64,000 nucleotides of DNA from Sphingobacteriia bacterium (GCA_021151535.1 JAGKXC010000002.1:7174-71173); one strand, 5' to 3'; shown: positions 26,417-37,026, numbered from the stretch's first letter. The notes: generated by a model not told the origin, from the sequence alone. Program-made: numbers and translations.

Positions 26417-29149
26417 TTATGCGAAGCAAGCAGCAACGATTTCTGCTTGTTCTTTGTCGTAGATTTTCTTATAACCTGTTGCAGGAGAAGCGCTACTCTT
26501 TCTGCCGATATATCTTAAACTAACGGGGAAGTCATAACGTGCCAAGTGTAGCCAAGTGCCTTGGTTTTTTGGTTCTTCTTGAGCCCAAACAAATTCTGCA
26601 CCCTTGTATTGGTCGAAGATTTTAGCCAATTCCCACTCAGGTAAAGGATACAATTGTTCGATTCTCACTACAGCAACATCTTTGTGGTTGCCAGCTTCTT
26701 TTCCTGCTAAAATATCATAGTAAATTTTACCTGTACAGAATACAACACGTCTTACTTTTTTGTCAACTTGAGTATCGTTAATTACCTCTTGGAAAGTTCC
26801 TTTTTCTAATTCATCCAAAGTGCTTACACATTTTGGATGACGCAATAAGCTTTTTGGGCTCATGATTACCATTGGGACTTGGAAATTGCGTTTCAACTGA
26901 CGTCTGAATGCATGGAAAAGGTTTGCTGGTGTTGAGCAGTTTAATACCTGCATGTTTGAGCCAGCACAAAGCTGAAGATATCGTTCTAATCTAGCGCTTG
27001 AGTGCTCAGGTCCTTGACCTTCTTGTCCGTGAGGAAGCAACATAGTTAAACCTGAGAATTTGCCCCATTTGGATTCGGCACTAGCGATAAATTGGTCAAT
27101 GATGATTTGTGCACCATTAGAGAAATCACCAAATTGCGCTTCCCAGATTGTTAGACCATGGGGCATGCAAGTTGAGTATCCGTATTCGTAGCCCAAAGCT
27201 GCGTATTCACTCAATAATGAGTTGTAAACGCTGAATTTTGCTTGTTTTTCTGTAAGGTTGTTTAAAGGAGTATATTCAGCTTCGCTGTCTTCTTTCTTAA
27301 TTACAGCATGGCGATGTGAAAAAGTGCCTCTTTCAACATCTTGTCCAACTAATCTAACTGGGTGATTTTCTGTTAGCAAAGTGCCATAAGCCAATAATTC
27401 ACCCATTGCCCAGTCGATTGTGCCATTTTCAATCATTTTTGCGCGATCGGCAAACAGATTTTGAACTTTTTTAATAGGTAGGTTGTTTTCAGGGATGAAG
27501 CTTAATTTTTTGCCAATTTCAATCAGCTTTTCTTTGCTTACGCCTGTTTTTATAACGGTTTGGAAGTCTTTTGCGTTGGCGTGTTGGTAGCCTTCCCATG
27601 TGTTCTTCACTTGAGGCAATGTAGGTTTGAAATCGCCTTTAGCTTCTTCAAACTTTTCTTGCAACATTGATTTGAATTCCACTTCCATTTCTTGCGCTAA
27701 AGCAGCATCAATTTCACCGCGTTGTAATAATTTTTGCTTGTAAACTTCACGGGGATTTGGGTGCTTATCGATTAACTTGTACATTAATGGCTGAGTGAAT
27801 CTAGGTTCATCTCCCTCATTGTGACCATATTTTCTATAACCCAACAAATCGATAAAAATGTCTTGGTTAAATTCTAGTCGATAAGCCATTGCCAATTTCA
27901 CAGCATGTACTACCGCTTCAACGTCATCTGCATTAACATGGAGAACAGGGCAAAGCGTTACTTTGGCGATATCTGTACAGTATGTTGAAGTTCTTGAATC
28001 TAAATAATTGGTGGTAAAACCAATTTGGTTATTAGTAACTACGTGAATGGTTCCGCCCACATAATAACCTTCCAATCCGCTCATTTGTACAACTTCATAA
28101 ACAATTCCTTGACCAGAAACTGCTGCATCACCGTGGATGAGGATTGGGCAAATTTTGCTAACGTCGTTGTTGTATTTTTGGTCGAGTTTGGCTCTTGCCA
28201 ATCCTTTTACTACGGGGTTAACCGCTTCAAGGTGTGATGGGTTGTCTGCTAATCGAAGATGTACTTTTTTTCCGCTGGCTGTTTCAACATCTGTTGAATA
28301 ACCTAAGTGATATTTTACATCGCCCTCGAAATCTTCGAATCCTTCTTCAGTTTCATTTTGGAATACCTTTCCTTCGAATTCTGCGAAGATTTGGGAGTAA
28401 GTTTTATTAAAAATATTGGCTAAAACGTTTAATCTGCCACGGTGAGCCATTCCCATCACGAATTCTTCAACGCCCAAACCTGCCCCATATTGAACAACTG
28501 CATCCAAAGCAGGAATCAAGCATTCTAGACCTTCTAATGAAAATCTTTTTTGCCCGATATATTTGGTATGGATGAAATTTTCAAAAACTGTGGCTTGGTT
28601 TAATTTTTTCAAAAAGTGGCGTTTTTCATCCACAGTAAGATTAGGGATATTTTTGGTTTGTTCGAATCTTGATTGAAGCCATTCTCTTCTTTTGGGGTCG
28701 CGGATATAAGTGAATTCACAACCAATACTTTCGCAATAGGTTTGTTCTAAAATACTTACAATATCTTTCAATTTTGCCTGACCCAAACCAAGTTCATGAC
28801 CTGCGTTGAACGTTTTTTCAAGGTCTGCATCGGAAAGGCCAAAATTTTCTATTGCTAGAGTAGGTTGGTATTGCCTTCTTTGTCTAAGTGGATTTGTTTT
28901 TGAGAATAAATGACCACGCTGGCGATAGCCATTGATCAAGTTGAGTACATTGATTTCTTTGATCGCATCTTCTGAAATTGCTGCACCGGATTCAAACTTT
29001 TGCGTACCTAAGTCGAAACCTTCAAAAAACTTACGCCAACCAAAATCAACACTTTCGTTGTTTGATTGGTATTGCTGGTAGAGTTGATCGATGGCAGAAG
29101 GGTCTGCATTGTGAAGGAAAGAAACGTCTGGTTGGCTCATTTGATTCAA
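26417..29149 (-). CDS. sucA: 2-oxoglutarate dehydrogenase E1 component
   Basis: 910-aa protein with SucA-typical blocks (MGMAHRGRLNVLAN, ThDP-binding HGDAA..GQG, RHSSARLERYLQ). Confidence 0.9.
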   Translation of the reverse strand: MNQMSQPDVSFLHNADPSAIDQLYQQYQSNNESVDFGWRKFFEGFDLGTQKFESGAAISEDAIKEINVLNLINGYRQRGHLFSKTNPLRQRRQYQPTLAIENFGLSDADLEKTFNAGHELGLGQAKLKDIVSILEQTYCESIGCEFTYIRDPKRREWLQSRFEQTKNIPNLTVDEKRHFLKKLNQATVFENFIHTKYIGQKRFSLEGLECLIPALDAVVQYGAGLGVEEFVMGMAHRGRLNVLANIFNKTYSQIFAEFEGKVFQNETEEGFEDFEGDVKYHLGYSTDVETASGKKVHLRLADNPSHLEAVNPVVKGLARAKLDQKYNNDVSKICPILIHGDAAVSGQGIVYEVVQMSGLEGYYVGGTIHVVTNNQIGFTTNYLDSRTSTYCTDIAKVTLCPVLHVNADDVEAVVHAVKLAMAYRLEFNQDIFIDLLGYRKYGHNEGDEPRFTQPLMYKLIDKHPNPREVYKQKLLQRGEIDAALAQEMEVEFKSMLQEKFEEAKGDFKPTLPQVKNTWEGYQHANAKDFQTVIKTGVSKEKLIEIGKKLSFIPENNLPIKKVQNLFADRAKMIENGTIDWAMGELLAYGTLLTENHPVRLVGQDVERGTFSHRHAVIKKEDSEAEYTPLNNLTEKQAKFSVYNSLLSEYAALGYEYGYSTCMPHGLTIWEAQFGDFSNGAQIIIDQFIASAESKWGKFSGLTMLLPHGQEGQGPEHSSARLERYLQLCAGSNMQVLNCSTPANLFHAFRRQLKRNFQVPMVIMSPKSLLRHPKCVSTLDELEKGTFQEVINDTQVDKKVRRVVFCTGKIYYDILAGKEAGNHKDVAVVRIEQLYPLPEWELAKIFDQYKGAEFVWAQEEPKNQGTWLHLARYDFPVSLRYIGRKSSASPATGYKKIYDKEQAEIVAACFA

Positions 29150-29284
29150 TTATGTAGCTAATTTTTGTTGAAACAGGCAATGGAAATATGTATTCTACGC
29201 CTATTTAACTTTACTGCAAATTTATTTAAAACAATTCACATCTATTCAAATAAATTGTCAATAGTTAGGAATATTCGAGCAATA

Positions 29285-29310
29285 GAAAAATCCCCCGTTG
29301 ATGGGGTTGA
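29285..29310 (-). terminator. possible weak terminator downstream of cdsA
   Basis: On the minus strand: CCCCatcaacGGGG followed by GATTTTTCT. Confidence 0.3.
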
Positions 29311-29337
29311 AAAAGTTGGTGAAATTGGTTGGTGGTT

Positions 29338-30249
29338 TTAAAAAAAGAATTGGATGTAAAGCCAAGCCCAAACTAGTATCACTCCAAAGAAGAAGGAGTC
29401 AAATCGATCTAGTGCACCGCCGTGTCCTGGTAAGAAATTTCCACTATCTTTTACATCTGCTTTGCGTTTTAAGGCGCTTTCAAATAGATCGCCAGCAGTT
29501 CCAAAAACCGACATCAGTGCGCCTAGTAATGCGCCCATTATGGGAGATGAAATATGCCAACTTTGGAATAAGAAATATCCAATAACCGCAGTTAGTAAGG
29601 TTCCGCCCATAAATCCTTCCCATGTTTTTTTGGGTGATAATGAGATGTGTAACGGATGTTTCCCGATGGCTCTACCTACCAAATAGGCAAAAGTGTCTGA
29701 GCTCCATATAAAAATAAATACCATCAAAGGATATTCAAAGTGGTATAATGGATAATTGCTGATAGCTGCATTTGCGCTTCCTTCGAACAGCCATAAATGT
29801 TGTTGCCAAACGATATAATTGAATGGTTCTGCAGGGTCTTGATTCCCTAATTGTGGTAGCATTAAAAATAAAAAAGTTGGCAGTGAGAGGTAAAGTATAC
29901 CGCCCAATATTGTTTGAATATGGTTGGCTGCTTCGATGCCATGAATGAATAAAAGTAGTAAAAAAAGAAGCAGTAAACCTAGTAAGGTGATTGGCCAAAT
30001 GAGCGGTGAGCTTATAAATAATGGTCCAGCGAACATCGCCCCGAAAAAAAGAAGATTGAAAATGCCCGATGCCCACGACCCTATTAGGGATAATTGGTTG
30101 AGCTGACCATATTCTTTCCAACTAGCAAAGAGAATAATGATGGCGATAATCAACAATGCACCTGGGCCAATTATACAACCGCCAATTACTGCTGCGGCGT
30201 AAATAATCCCTGAAATGGAGCGTAACTGAAAATTTGATAATTTTGCCAT
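29338..30249 (-). CDS. cdsA: phosphatidate cytidylyltransferase (CDP-diglyceride synthase)
   Basis: Multi-pass membrane protein with the C-terminal signature GHGGALDRFDS. Confidence 0.8.
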   Translation of the reverse strand: MAKLSNFQLRSISGIIYAAAVIGGCIIGPGALLIIAIIILFASWKEYGQLNQLSLIGSWASGIFNLLFFGAMFAGPLFISSPLIWPITLLGLLLLFLLLLFIHGIEAANHIQTILGGILYLSLPTFLFLMLPQLGNQDPAEPFNYIVWQQHLWLFEGSANAAISNYPLYHFEYPLMVFIFIWSSDTFAYLVGRAIGKHPLHISLSPKKTWEGFMGGTLLTAVIGYFLFQSWHISSPIMGALLGALMSVFGTAGDLFESALKRKADVKDSGNFLPGHGGALDRFDSFFFGVILVWAWLYIQFFF

Positions 30250-30267
30250 TAGAATGAGGTTGTAAAA

Positions 30268-31260
30268 TTAATAAAGTTCGGAAGATGAAGGCGTTTTTAT
30301 CCGTTTAATTTCGGTTTTGATTAACCATCTCAAGGTAACTGTGAGCGTTATCATGCTACAAGCAACCCAAATCGGTTGGGTAAAGATTTCTTCAAAATTG
30401 AGGTATATGCCAGACTTGTTGAACTTTTGAAGAGTGATATAGTGAGCAACGATGGAAGTTGCATTAAAAAGGAAATGGATTAGGGTTGTTTGCCATAGTG
30501 ATTGGGTTTTGTACATCCAATAGCCTAGGAAAATTCCGGCTGTCCAGATACTGAAAAACTCATATGGAGAGAAGTGTATGAGTGAAAAAATGAACCCTTG
30601 AAACACGAGAGAAATCCATGGTTTTTTATATTGATTGAATAGGAATCTTTGAATCAAACCTCTGAATACAAATTCTTCTAAAAGTGCGGGTAAAAATGCT
30701 AGAATTAAAACGCAAACCACTAGTTCTAGCGGTTTTTCCATGTCTAAAGTAGCTTCTATAATTCGTTGCCGATTTTGGTTAAGATTGCCAAAAAGTTGGA
30801 TCCAATTCAAAGAGAAATATTTGTTAATGATCCAGTGGTTGATTTGATTGATGAAAGAAACCACGGGAGTTAAAGAAAGTGCTGCTAGGATTGCCAAACC
30901 AAAGTTCAAGGGTGAGGGAGCGATGTTGTATTGTCCTATTTTAATTGGGCTCCAACCGCAAATAATTGCAGTAATTAAAGCGGGAATTCCCAAGGAAATG
31001 AGGCTAGTTGAAATGTTTGTAATTCTAAGAAAATTGATGTTTTGTGCCTCATGAATGGGGTTATTTAACATCGATTGAATAGTGTTGTTATCGGTAATGC
31101 CAAATCCCAATTTTCCAATCAGATTTGTAACCATGGCAGCAATAAATGTGGCAAACATTATCAGCAACAGCAATAAACTGATGCCCAAAATTCGTTGGTG
31201 TTGCTTATTGTTTGGTAGTTCAGCAGAATTGGACGGATTGGTGGGGAATAGTGGAATCAT
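30268..31260 (-). CDS. CPBP-family (CAAX/Abi) intramembrane metalloprotease
   Basis: Polytopic membrane protein with EEFVFRG and FxxxH (HFLFN) motifs. Confidence 0.65.
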   Translation of the reverse strand: MIPLFPTNPSNSAELPNNKQHQRILGISLLLLLIMFATFIAAMVTNLIGKLGFGITDNNTIQSMLNNPIHEAQNINFLRITNISTSLISLGIPALITAIICGWSPIKIGQYNIAPSPLNFGLAILAALSLTPVVSFINQINHWIINKYFSLNWIQLFGNLNQNRQRIIEATLDMEKPLELVVCVLILAFLPALLEEFVFRGLIQRFLFNQYKKPWISLVFQGFIFSLIHFSPYEFFSIWTAGIFLGYWMYKTQSLWQTTLIHFLFNATSIVAHYITLQKFNKSGIYLNFEEIFTQPIWVACSMITLTVTLRWLIKTEIKRIKTPSSSELY

Positions 31261-31334
31261 TTGTATTTTTGCAAGCTATTTGGCGTGCGTATTTTGGCAA
31301 AATTACCCATACTAAGTAGGAAAACAATACAAAG

Positions 31335-32327
31335 ATGGTAAAGATTGGCGATATAAATCTGGGTGAATTTCCACTGTTGTTGGCTCCCATGGAGGATGTA
31401 AGTGATCCACCTTTTCGATTTGTATGCAAACAACAAGGTGCTGATCTGATGTATACCGAATTTATTAGCAGTGAAGGGTTGATTCGAGATGCGGTGAAAA
31501 GCCGACAGAAATTGGATATTTTCGATTACGAAAGGCCTATAGGTATTCAGATTTTTGGCGGAGATGAAGAAGCAATGGCGATGGCTGCCAAGATTGTTGA
31601 TGCCACACAACCGGATTTATTGGATATTAATTTTGGATGTCCGGTGCAAAAAGTGGTTTGTAAAGGTGCTGGCGCGGGTGTTTTAAAGGACATTGATTTG
31701 ATGGTGCGATTAACCAAAGCGGTTGTAAATAGTACCAGTTTGCCGGTAACGGTTAAAACAAGATTGGGTTGGGATGATTCAACCAAAAATATAGAAGAAG
31801 TTGCGGAGCGATTGCAGGATGTGGGAATAAAAGCATTAACTATACATGGTAGAACGCGTGTTCAGCTGTATAAGGGTGAAGCCGATTGGAGATTGATTGC
31901 GAAGGTGAAAGAGAATCCCAGGATTCAGATACCTATTTTTGGGAATGGCGATATAGATTCACCGGAAAAGGCAAGGGCTTATAAGGATACATATGGTGTA
32001 GATGGGATTATGATTGGCAGAGCGAGTATTGGTTATCCTTGGATTTTCAGGGAGATCAAGCATTATTTGAATACGGGAGAATTATTGCAAGGGCCAACTT
32101 TGGCTGAGAGAATTGAGGCATGTAGCGTGCATTTTGAGAAGAGTGTAGCGTGGAAGGGTGAAAAGTTGGGTGTGTTGGAAATGCGTAGGCATTATGCCAA
32201 TTATTTTAGGGGTTTGCCCAATTTCAAAGAAACGCGAATGCAGTTGGTTTCCGCCAATGACGGAAATGAGGTTAGAAGTTTGTTGGCGGGTATTTCAGAC
32301 GCCTATGATGCAGCCATGGTTCTATAA
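31335..32327 (+). CDS. dusB: tRNA-dihydrouridine synthase
   Basis: LAPMEDVSDPPFR, NFGCP and GRASIGYPWIF motifs of the Dus family. Confidence 0.85.
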   Translation: MVKIGDINLGEFPLLLAPMEDVSDPPFRFVCKQQGADLMYTEFISSEGLIRDAVKSRQKLDIFDYERPIGIQIFGGDEEAMAMAAKIVDATQPDLLDINFGCPVQKVVCKGAGAGVLKDIDLMVRLTKAVVNSTSLPVTVKTRLGWDDSTKNIEEVAERLQDVGIKALTIHGRTRVQLYKGEADWRLIAKVKENPRIQIPIFGNGDIDSPEKARAYKDTYGVDGIMIGRASIGYPWIFREIKHYLNTGELLQGPTLAERIEACSVHFEKSVAWKGEKLGVLEMRRHYANYFRGLPNFKETRMQLVSANDGNEVRSLLAGISDAYDAAMVL

Positions 32328-32484
32328 GGAGCTAAACGGTTATTGGTTCATTTTGATTGAGTTTTTGGGAATTTTTTGTAATTTTGTGGAAGAATTGTGG
32401 TGGGAAACGGGTAGGATATTTTAACGGATATCGCCCTAAAAACCATCGCCAGAAATTATTAAAACTTAAATTATTCCCATATCC

Positions 32485-33507
32485 ATGTTATTGCGAAACA
32501 TTGTGAATCGGGAGGAGTTAAAAAAGCGTATGGAGGCTGATCAGAGGCCTTACACTACCATCTCCTTCTATCGTTATTTCAACATTGAAAATCCTGTAGA
32601 ATTCCGTAACGAGCTGTATGTTAAGCTTGTGAATTTGGAAGTTGTTGGTAGAATCTACTTAGCCCATGAGGGAATCAACGCGCAAATTGCCTTGCCGTCT
32701 GAGCATTTTGAAGCATTAAAGGGGTTGATTTACAGTTATCCGTTTTTTGAAGGTCTTAGATTGAATATTGCGATTGAGGAAAAGCAAAAATCGTTTATCA
32801 AGTTGGATTTGAAGGTTAGGGAAAAGATTGTGGCTGATGGCATTACAGATCCAACATTTAACATTGAGAATTCGGGCCAGTATTTAAAGGCGAAGGAGTG
32901 GAATGAAATGATGGAGAAGGACGGAACTGTGATCATTGATATGCGGAATCATTATGAGAGTGAGGTAGGGCGTTTTAAGGGTGCTAGTTGCCCGGATACA
33001 GATACTTTTAGGGAGGAATTGGCGCGGATAGACGATTTATATTCTGAAAAGAAGGATCAAACAATTTTGATGTATTGTACAGGAGGGATTCGTTGTGAAA
33101 AGGCGAGTGCATGGATGAAGCATTTGGGATATAGCGAGGTTTATCATTTGGAGGGCGGTATAATTAATTATGTAAATCAGGTGAAGAAGGATGGGATTGA
33201 GAATAAATTCAAGGGAGTGAATTTTGTGTTTGATCAGCGATTGGCGGAGCGGGTGAGTGAGGATGTGATTGCGGAGTGTCATCAGTGCGGTAAGCCTTGG
33301 GATTTGCATGTAAATTGTGCGAATGTTGGCTGTCATTTGTTGTTTATTCAATGTCCAGATTGTGCGAAAGAACATGAGGGATGTTGTTGTGAGGAGTGCA
33401 GGACGGTAATTCATTTGCCGGAGGAAAAGCAGAAGGAGATGCGAAAGGGTAAGCCAGCTGGAAGGATATTTAGTAAGGGGCGATTTCCGGGTAAGTTAAT
33501 GGCTTAG
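32485..33507 (+). CDS. trhO: rhodanese-domain tRNA uridine(34) hydroxylase (UPF0176/YceA family)
   Basis: YTTISFYRYFNIENP...GRIYLAHEGINAQIA N-terminal domain, a rhodanese active-site Cys (MYCTGGIRCEKA) and a Cys-rich C-terminal tail. Confidence 0.75.
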   Translation: MLLRNIVNREELKKRMEADQRPYTTISFYRYFNIENPVEFRNELYVKLVNLEVVGRIYLAHEGINAQIALPSEHFEALKGLIYSYPFFEGLRLNIAIEEKQKSFIKLDLKVREKIVADGITDPTFNIENSGQYLKAKEWNEMMEKDGTVIIDMRNHYESEVGRFKGASCPDTDTFREELARIDDLYSEKKDQTILMYCTGGIRCEKASAWMKHLGYSEVYHLEGGIINYVNQVKKDGIENKFKGVNFVFDQRLAERVSEDVIAECHQCGKPWDLHVNCANVGCHLLFIQCPDCAKEHEGCCCEECRTVIHLPEEKQKEMRKGKPAGRIFSKGRFPGKLMA

Positions 33508-33701
33508 AGGCGGATACGAAATAGGTTATAGGGGATAAAAGTGCGGTTGATTAAAAATAATTTTTGTTTGGTGTAGAATAATTTGTGCATTTTGGCGTTA
33601 GTGTGTATTGAATTTTCTGCAATTGGAAGAGTATTGCGGGAGTTACAAGAATCAAGGAGTTATATTTGCGAGCATTTGATAAAAAATTACACGGGAAAAG
33701 A

Positions 33702-34436
33702 ATGACATTGAAACTGGAAGTGGCGAATTGGATAAAAGTTCGTTGGGTATTTTTAGTAGCCTTCATATTTTTTGCTAACGGTGCACAGGCACAATTTGGA
33801 TTTGGAAGTGATCCTTTTGGGGGCGGCGGCGGCGATAGTGCTCGTACTGACTCAAGCGGGGGTGGTGGTTTTGATTTAGGAGGAGCTCCAGGTGAAGAGG
33901 GTGTAGTGAGGAAGGCGCCGTACAAGCGTTTTATTCCTCCTTACGACACGATGCGGGAGATTATTTTTTATGAGAATATCATTGAGGACGAGAATTGCGA
34001 GAATTGCAATGCGGATTCCTTGTATTGGAGGGCGAAGAAATATTTAACGAAGAGATTGGGTAAGGAGCAGATAAAGAAGATGGTGATAGAGGACAAGCCT
34101 ATGGAGCGATTGGTATTGAAGGTTACGGTTCCGATGATTACCACTAATGGTAATTTTACGAAGAAGCAGGAGGGGATGTTGGAGTACAAGTTAACTTTGA
34201 GGTTTAAGGATAGTAGATATAAGTATCAATTTGGAAATTTTGTGCATGTTGAGCCGATGGATGGTACGTCTGGAAAATTAAATAGGACATATCATGAGCA
34301 TTACATGCGATTGAAGAAGGGGTATCAGAGTACGGATAAATATTTATTGGCTGCAGATGCCGAGGTGGCGAAGGTTGTAGAGGGGTTGAAGAAGAGTTTG
34401 AGAGAGCCATATCAGCCAGACGAGGACGACTGGTAA
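33702..34436 (+). CDS. secreted hypothetical protein with Gly-rich low-complexity linker
   Basis: Start at MTLKLEVANWIKVRWVFLVAFIFFANGAQA (signal peptide), then GFGSDPFGGGGGDSARTDSSGGGGFDLGG, then a globular, Lys-rich C-terminal domain. Confidence 0.5.
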   Translation: MTLKLEVANWIKVRWVFLVAFIFFANGAQAQFGFGSDPFGGGGGDSARTDSSGGGGFDLGGAPGEEGVVRKAPYKRFIPPYDTMREIIFYENIIEDENCENCNADSLYWRAKKYLTKRLGKEQIKKMVIEDKPMERLVLKVTVPMITTNGNFTKKQEGMLEYKLTLRFKDSRYKYQFGNFVHVEPMDGTSGKLNRTYHEHYMRLKKGYQSTDKYLLAADAEVAKVVEGLKKSLREPYQPDEDDW

Positions 34437-34531
34437 AAGAAATAACAGAGAAAATGTTGGGGCAAAAGAGGCTGAAATTGGGTAAGAAAAAAGTGTCTAA
34501 TCAAAAAACACTGAAAAAAAGTTGTGGATAT

Positions 34532-34561
34532 CTTGCTCATAGCAAAAAAATAACCTATTTT
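34532..34561 (+). promoter_or_regulatory. putative Bacteroidota sigma-A promoter of the rplM-rpsI-rpsB-tsf operon
   Basis: cTTGc (34533-35) ... TATTTTTG (34554-34561) fits the -33 TTG / -7 TAnnTTTG consensus with 18-nt spacing. It overlaps the TTG the ORF caller proposed as start. Confidence 0.4.
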
Positions 34562-34596
34562 TGCAACCCCAAAAATCCAATCAAGGAGTAAAGAGC

Positions 34597-35040
34597 GTGA
34601 ATCCTTTAAGTACATACAAAACGATTTCGGTTAGTAAAGCTAATGCCAACAAGGGTTGGTATGTAGTGAATGCCGAGGGACAGACATTAGGCCGTATGGC
34701 ATCTCAGATTGCCTTCGTATTACGTGGTAAGAACAAGCCTACATTCACTCCGCATTCAGACTGTGGAGACAATGTAATTGTTATTAATGCGGAGAAGGTT
34801 GTGTTGACAGCAGACAAAATGAACAGCAAAGAATATTTGCGTCATACTGGATATCCAGGAGGTCAGCGTTCAACATTAGCTAAGAATGTAAAATCTAGCA
34901 AATTGATTGAAATGGCGGTGAAGGGCATGTTGCCGAAGAACCGTTTGGGTCGTAGGCTGTTTACAAACCTTTATGTTTATGAAGGTACAGAGCATCCCCA
35001 TTCGGCTCAACAACCTAAGGAATTAAAAATTAAAGGCTGA
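34597..35040 (+). CDS. rplM: 50S ribosomal protein L13
   Basis: Aligns with L13 from (V/M)NPLSTYKTISV onwards. GTG start with AAGGAG 8 nt upstream. The TTG at 34561 lies inside the predicted promoter. Confidence 0.85.
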   Translation: MNPLSTYKTISVSKANANKGWYVVNAEGQTLGRMASQIAFVLRGKNKPTFTPHSDCGDNVIVINAEKVVLTADKMNSKEYLRHTGYPGGQRSTLAKNVKSSKLIEMAVKGMLPKNRLGRRLFTNLYVYEGTEHPHSAQQPKELKIKG

Positions 35041-35048
35041 TATAGGGT

Positions 35049-35429
35049 ATGAATAACAACTCAGGCAGAAGAAAAGCCGCGGTAGCACGTGTTTACTTGA
35101 AAGAGGGTAACGGTTCTATCGTTGTTAATAAGAAGCCATTGGAAACTTATTTTCCATTGGTATGGTTGCAGAACACTGTGCAAGCTCCATTTGTTGTTGC
35201 AGACAAAGTGGGCAAGTATGATGTACAGGTTAATGTAGCTGGTGGTGGTATTAGTGGACAAGCGCAGGCGATCCGTTTGGGTATTGCTAAGGCGTTGGTT
35301 GACATTGATGCTGAATTAAAAAGTGGTTTGCGCCACGCGGGATTCATCACTCGCGATCCGCGCGTTGTTGAACGTAAGAAGAGCGGTCAGAAAAAGGCCC
35401 GTAAGCGCTTCCAATTCTCTAAACGTTAA
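35049..35429 (+). CDS. rpsI: 30S ribosomal protein S9
   Basis: C-terminal ...KKSGQKKARKRFQFSKR and an overall S9 pattern. Confidence 0.9.
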   Translation: MNNNSGRRKAAVARVYLKEGNGSIVVNKKPLETYFPLVWLQNTVQAPFVVADKVGKYDVQVNVAGGGISGQAQAIRLGIAKALVDIDAELKSGLRHAGFITRDPRVVERKKSGQKKARKRFQFSKR

Positions 35430-35435
35430 AAACTC

Positions 35436-36179
35436 ATGGCATATACGCAACAAGACTTGTTGGATGCAGGTGTACATTTCGGACACCTTACCCGCAAATG
35501 GAATCCAAAGATGGCTTCATACATTTTCATGGAGCAGAATGGTATCCATATCATTGATTTGAAAAAGACAGAGGCGAAATTAGAAGAAGCGAAAGTTGCT
35601 GCTAAGAATATCGCTCGTTCAGGAAGAAGAATTTTGTTTGTAGCTACCAAAAAGCAGGCGAAAGAAATCGTTGGCGAATTGGCTGCTAATGCAAACATGC
35701 CTTTTGTTACTGAGCGCTGGTTAGGTGGTATGCTTACCAACTTCCAAACTGTACGTAAGAGTATCAAGCGTATGCAGGGCATTGATAAAATGTCTAACGA
35801 TGGAACATTTGAGCGTATCAACAAAAAAGAGCGTTTGATGTTGGATCGTGAACGTGCAAAGTTGAAAATTGTATTGGGTGGTATCGAAGATATGACGAAA
35901 CTTCCTGGTGCATTATTCATCGTTGACGTTAAGCGTGAGCATTTGGCTATCGCAGAAGCGCATCGTTTGGGAATTCCTACAATCGCTTTGGTTGATACCA
36001 ACTCAGATCCTACATTGGTGGATTATGCTATACCTGGTAACGATGATGCTTCAAAGAGCATTCAGTTAATCGTTGGTGAAATTGCAAATGCAATCGCTGA
36101 AGGTTCTGCAGAAAGAAAGAGAGAAAAGTCAGAAGATGAAACTCCATCAGCTGAAAAACACGAGTCTGTTGAAGCTTAA
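35436..36179 (+). CDS. rpsB: 30S ribosomal protein S2
   Basis: [20 protein letters not shown]-terminal S2 signature. Confidence 0.95.
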   Translation: MAYTQQDLLDAGVHFGHLTRKWNPKMASYIFMEQNGIHIIDLKKTEAKLEEAKVAAKNIARSGRRILFVATKKQAKEIVGELAANANMPFVTERWLGGMLTNFQTVRKSIKRMQGIDKMSNDGTFERINKKERLMLDRERAKLKIVLGGIEDMTKLPGALFIVDVKREHLAIAEAHRLGIPTIALVDTNSDPTLVDYAIPGNDDASKSIQLIVGEIANAIAEGSAERKREKSEDETPSAEKHESVEA

Positions 36180-36192
36180 TTGAAAAAATAAA

Positions 36193-37026
36193 ATGTCGAA
36201 TATTAGTGCTGCTGAAGTAAATAAATTACGCCAAATGACCGGTGCCGGTTTGATGGATTGTAAAAAGGCATTGGCTGAAACAGGTGGTGATTTTGATCAA
36301 GCTGTAGATTATTTGCGTAAAAAAGGTGCAAAGATATCTGCAAACAGAGCTGATCGTGAGGCTAAAGAAGGTGCGGTTATCGCTATTACCAATGACGCTC
36401 GTAACTTGGGTGTAATTGTTGAATTGAATTGCGAAACTGACTTCGTAGCTAAGAATGAAGGTTTTGTTGCTTTGGCAAATGAGATTGCTACTATCGCTTT
36501 GAATCATAAGCCTGCATCATTGGACGCTTTGAAAGCATTGCCATTTCAAAATGTAACTATCGCTGACAGATTGTTAGATGAGGTTGCTAAGATTGGTGAG
36601 AAGATAGATGTAAATAAATATGAGCTTGTATCTGGTGAGAACATTGTTTCTTATATCCACGGTGCAAACAGAATGGGTGTGTTGGTTGAATTGAACCTAG
36701 CTCCTTCTGAAGCGAATTTTGTAGCTGGAAAAGACGTTGCTATGCAAATTGCTGCTATGAATCCTATCGCAGTTAGCAAAGATGAAGTAGATTCATCTGT
36801 TGTTGAGCGTGAGTTGGAGATTGGTAAAGAGCAAGCACGTGCTGAAGGTAAGCCAGAAGCGATGTTGGAAAAAATTGCTCAAGGTAAATTGGAAAAATTC
36901 TACAAGGAAAGTACTTTGTTGGCTCAAGAATTTGTTAAGGACAGTTCTAAGAATGTGGCGAAGTATTTGGATGGAGTTGAATCTGGTTTAACTGTTAAGC
37001 AGTTTAAACGAGTAATGCTCGGATAA
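36193..37026 (+). CDS. tsf: elongation factor Ts
   Basis: [22 protein letters not shown]-like N-terminus and the EF-Ts dimerisation domain. Confidence 0.95.
   Translation: MSNISAAEVNKLRQMTGAGLMDCKKALAETGGDFDQAVDYLRKKGAKISANRADREAKEGAVIAITNDARNLGVIVELNCETDFVAKNEGFVALANEIATIALNHKPASLDALKALPFQNVTIADRLLDEVAKIGEKIDVNKYELVSGENIVSYIHGANRMGVLVELNLAPSEANFVAGKDVAMQIAAMNPIAVSKDEVDSSVVERELEIGKEQARAEGKPEAMLEKIAQGKLEKFYKESTLLAQEFVKDSSKNVAKYLDGVESGLTVKQFKRVMLG

Noticed and set aside
33551-33925. 124-aa minus-strand ORF rich in proline
   Set aside because: It is the reverse-complement shadow of the Gly-rich region of the plus-strand secreted protein. It has no start context or other coding signal.
34561-34596. 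TTG start proposed for rplM by the ORF track
   Set aside because: The TTG forms the last three bases of a TATTTTTG -7 promoter element and would lie upstream of the transcription start. The L13 alignment starts at the GTG at 34597.
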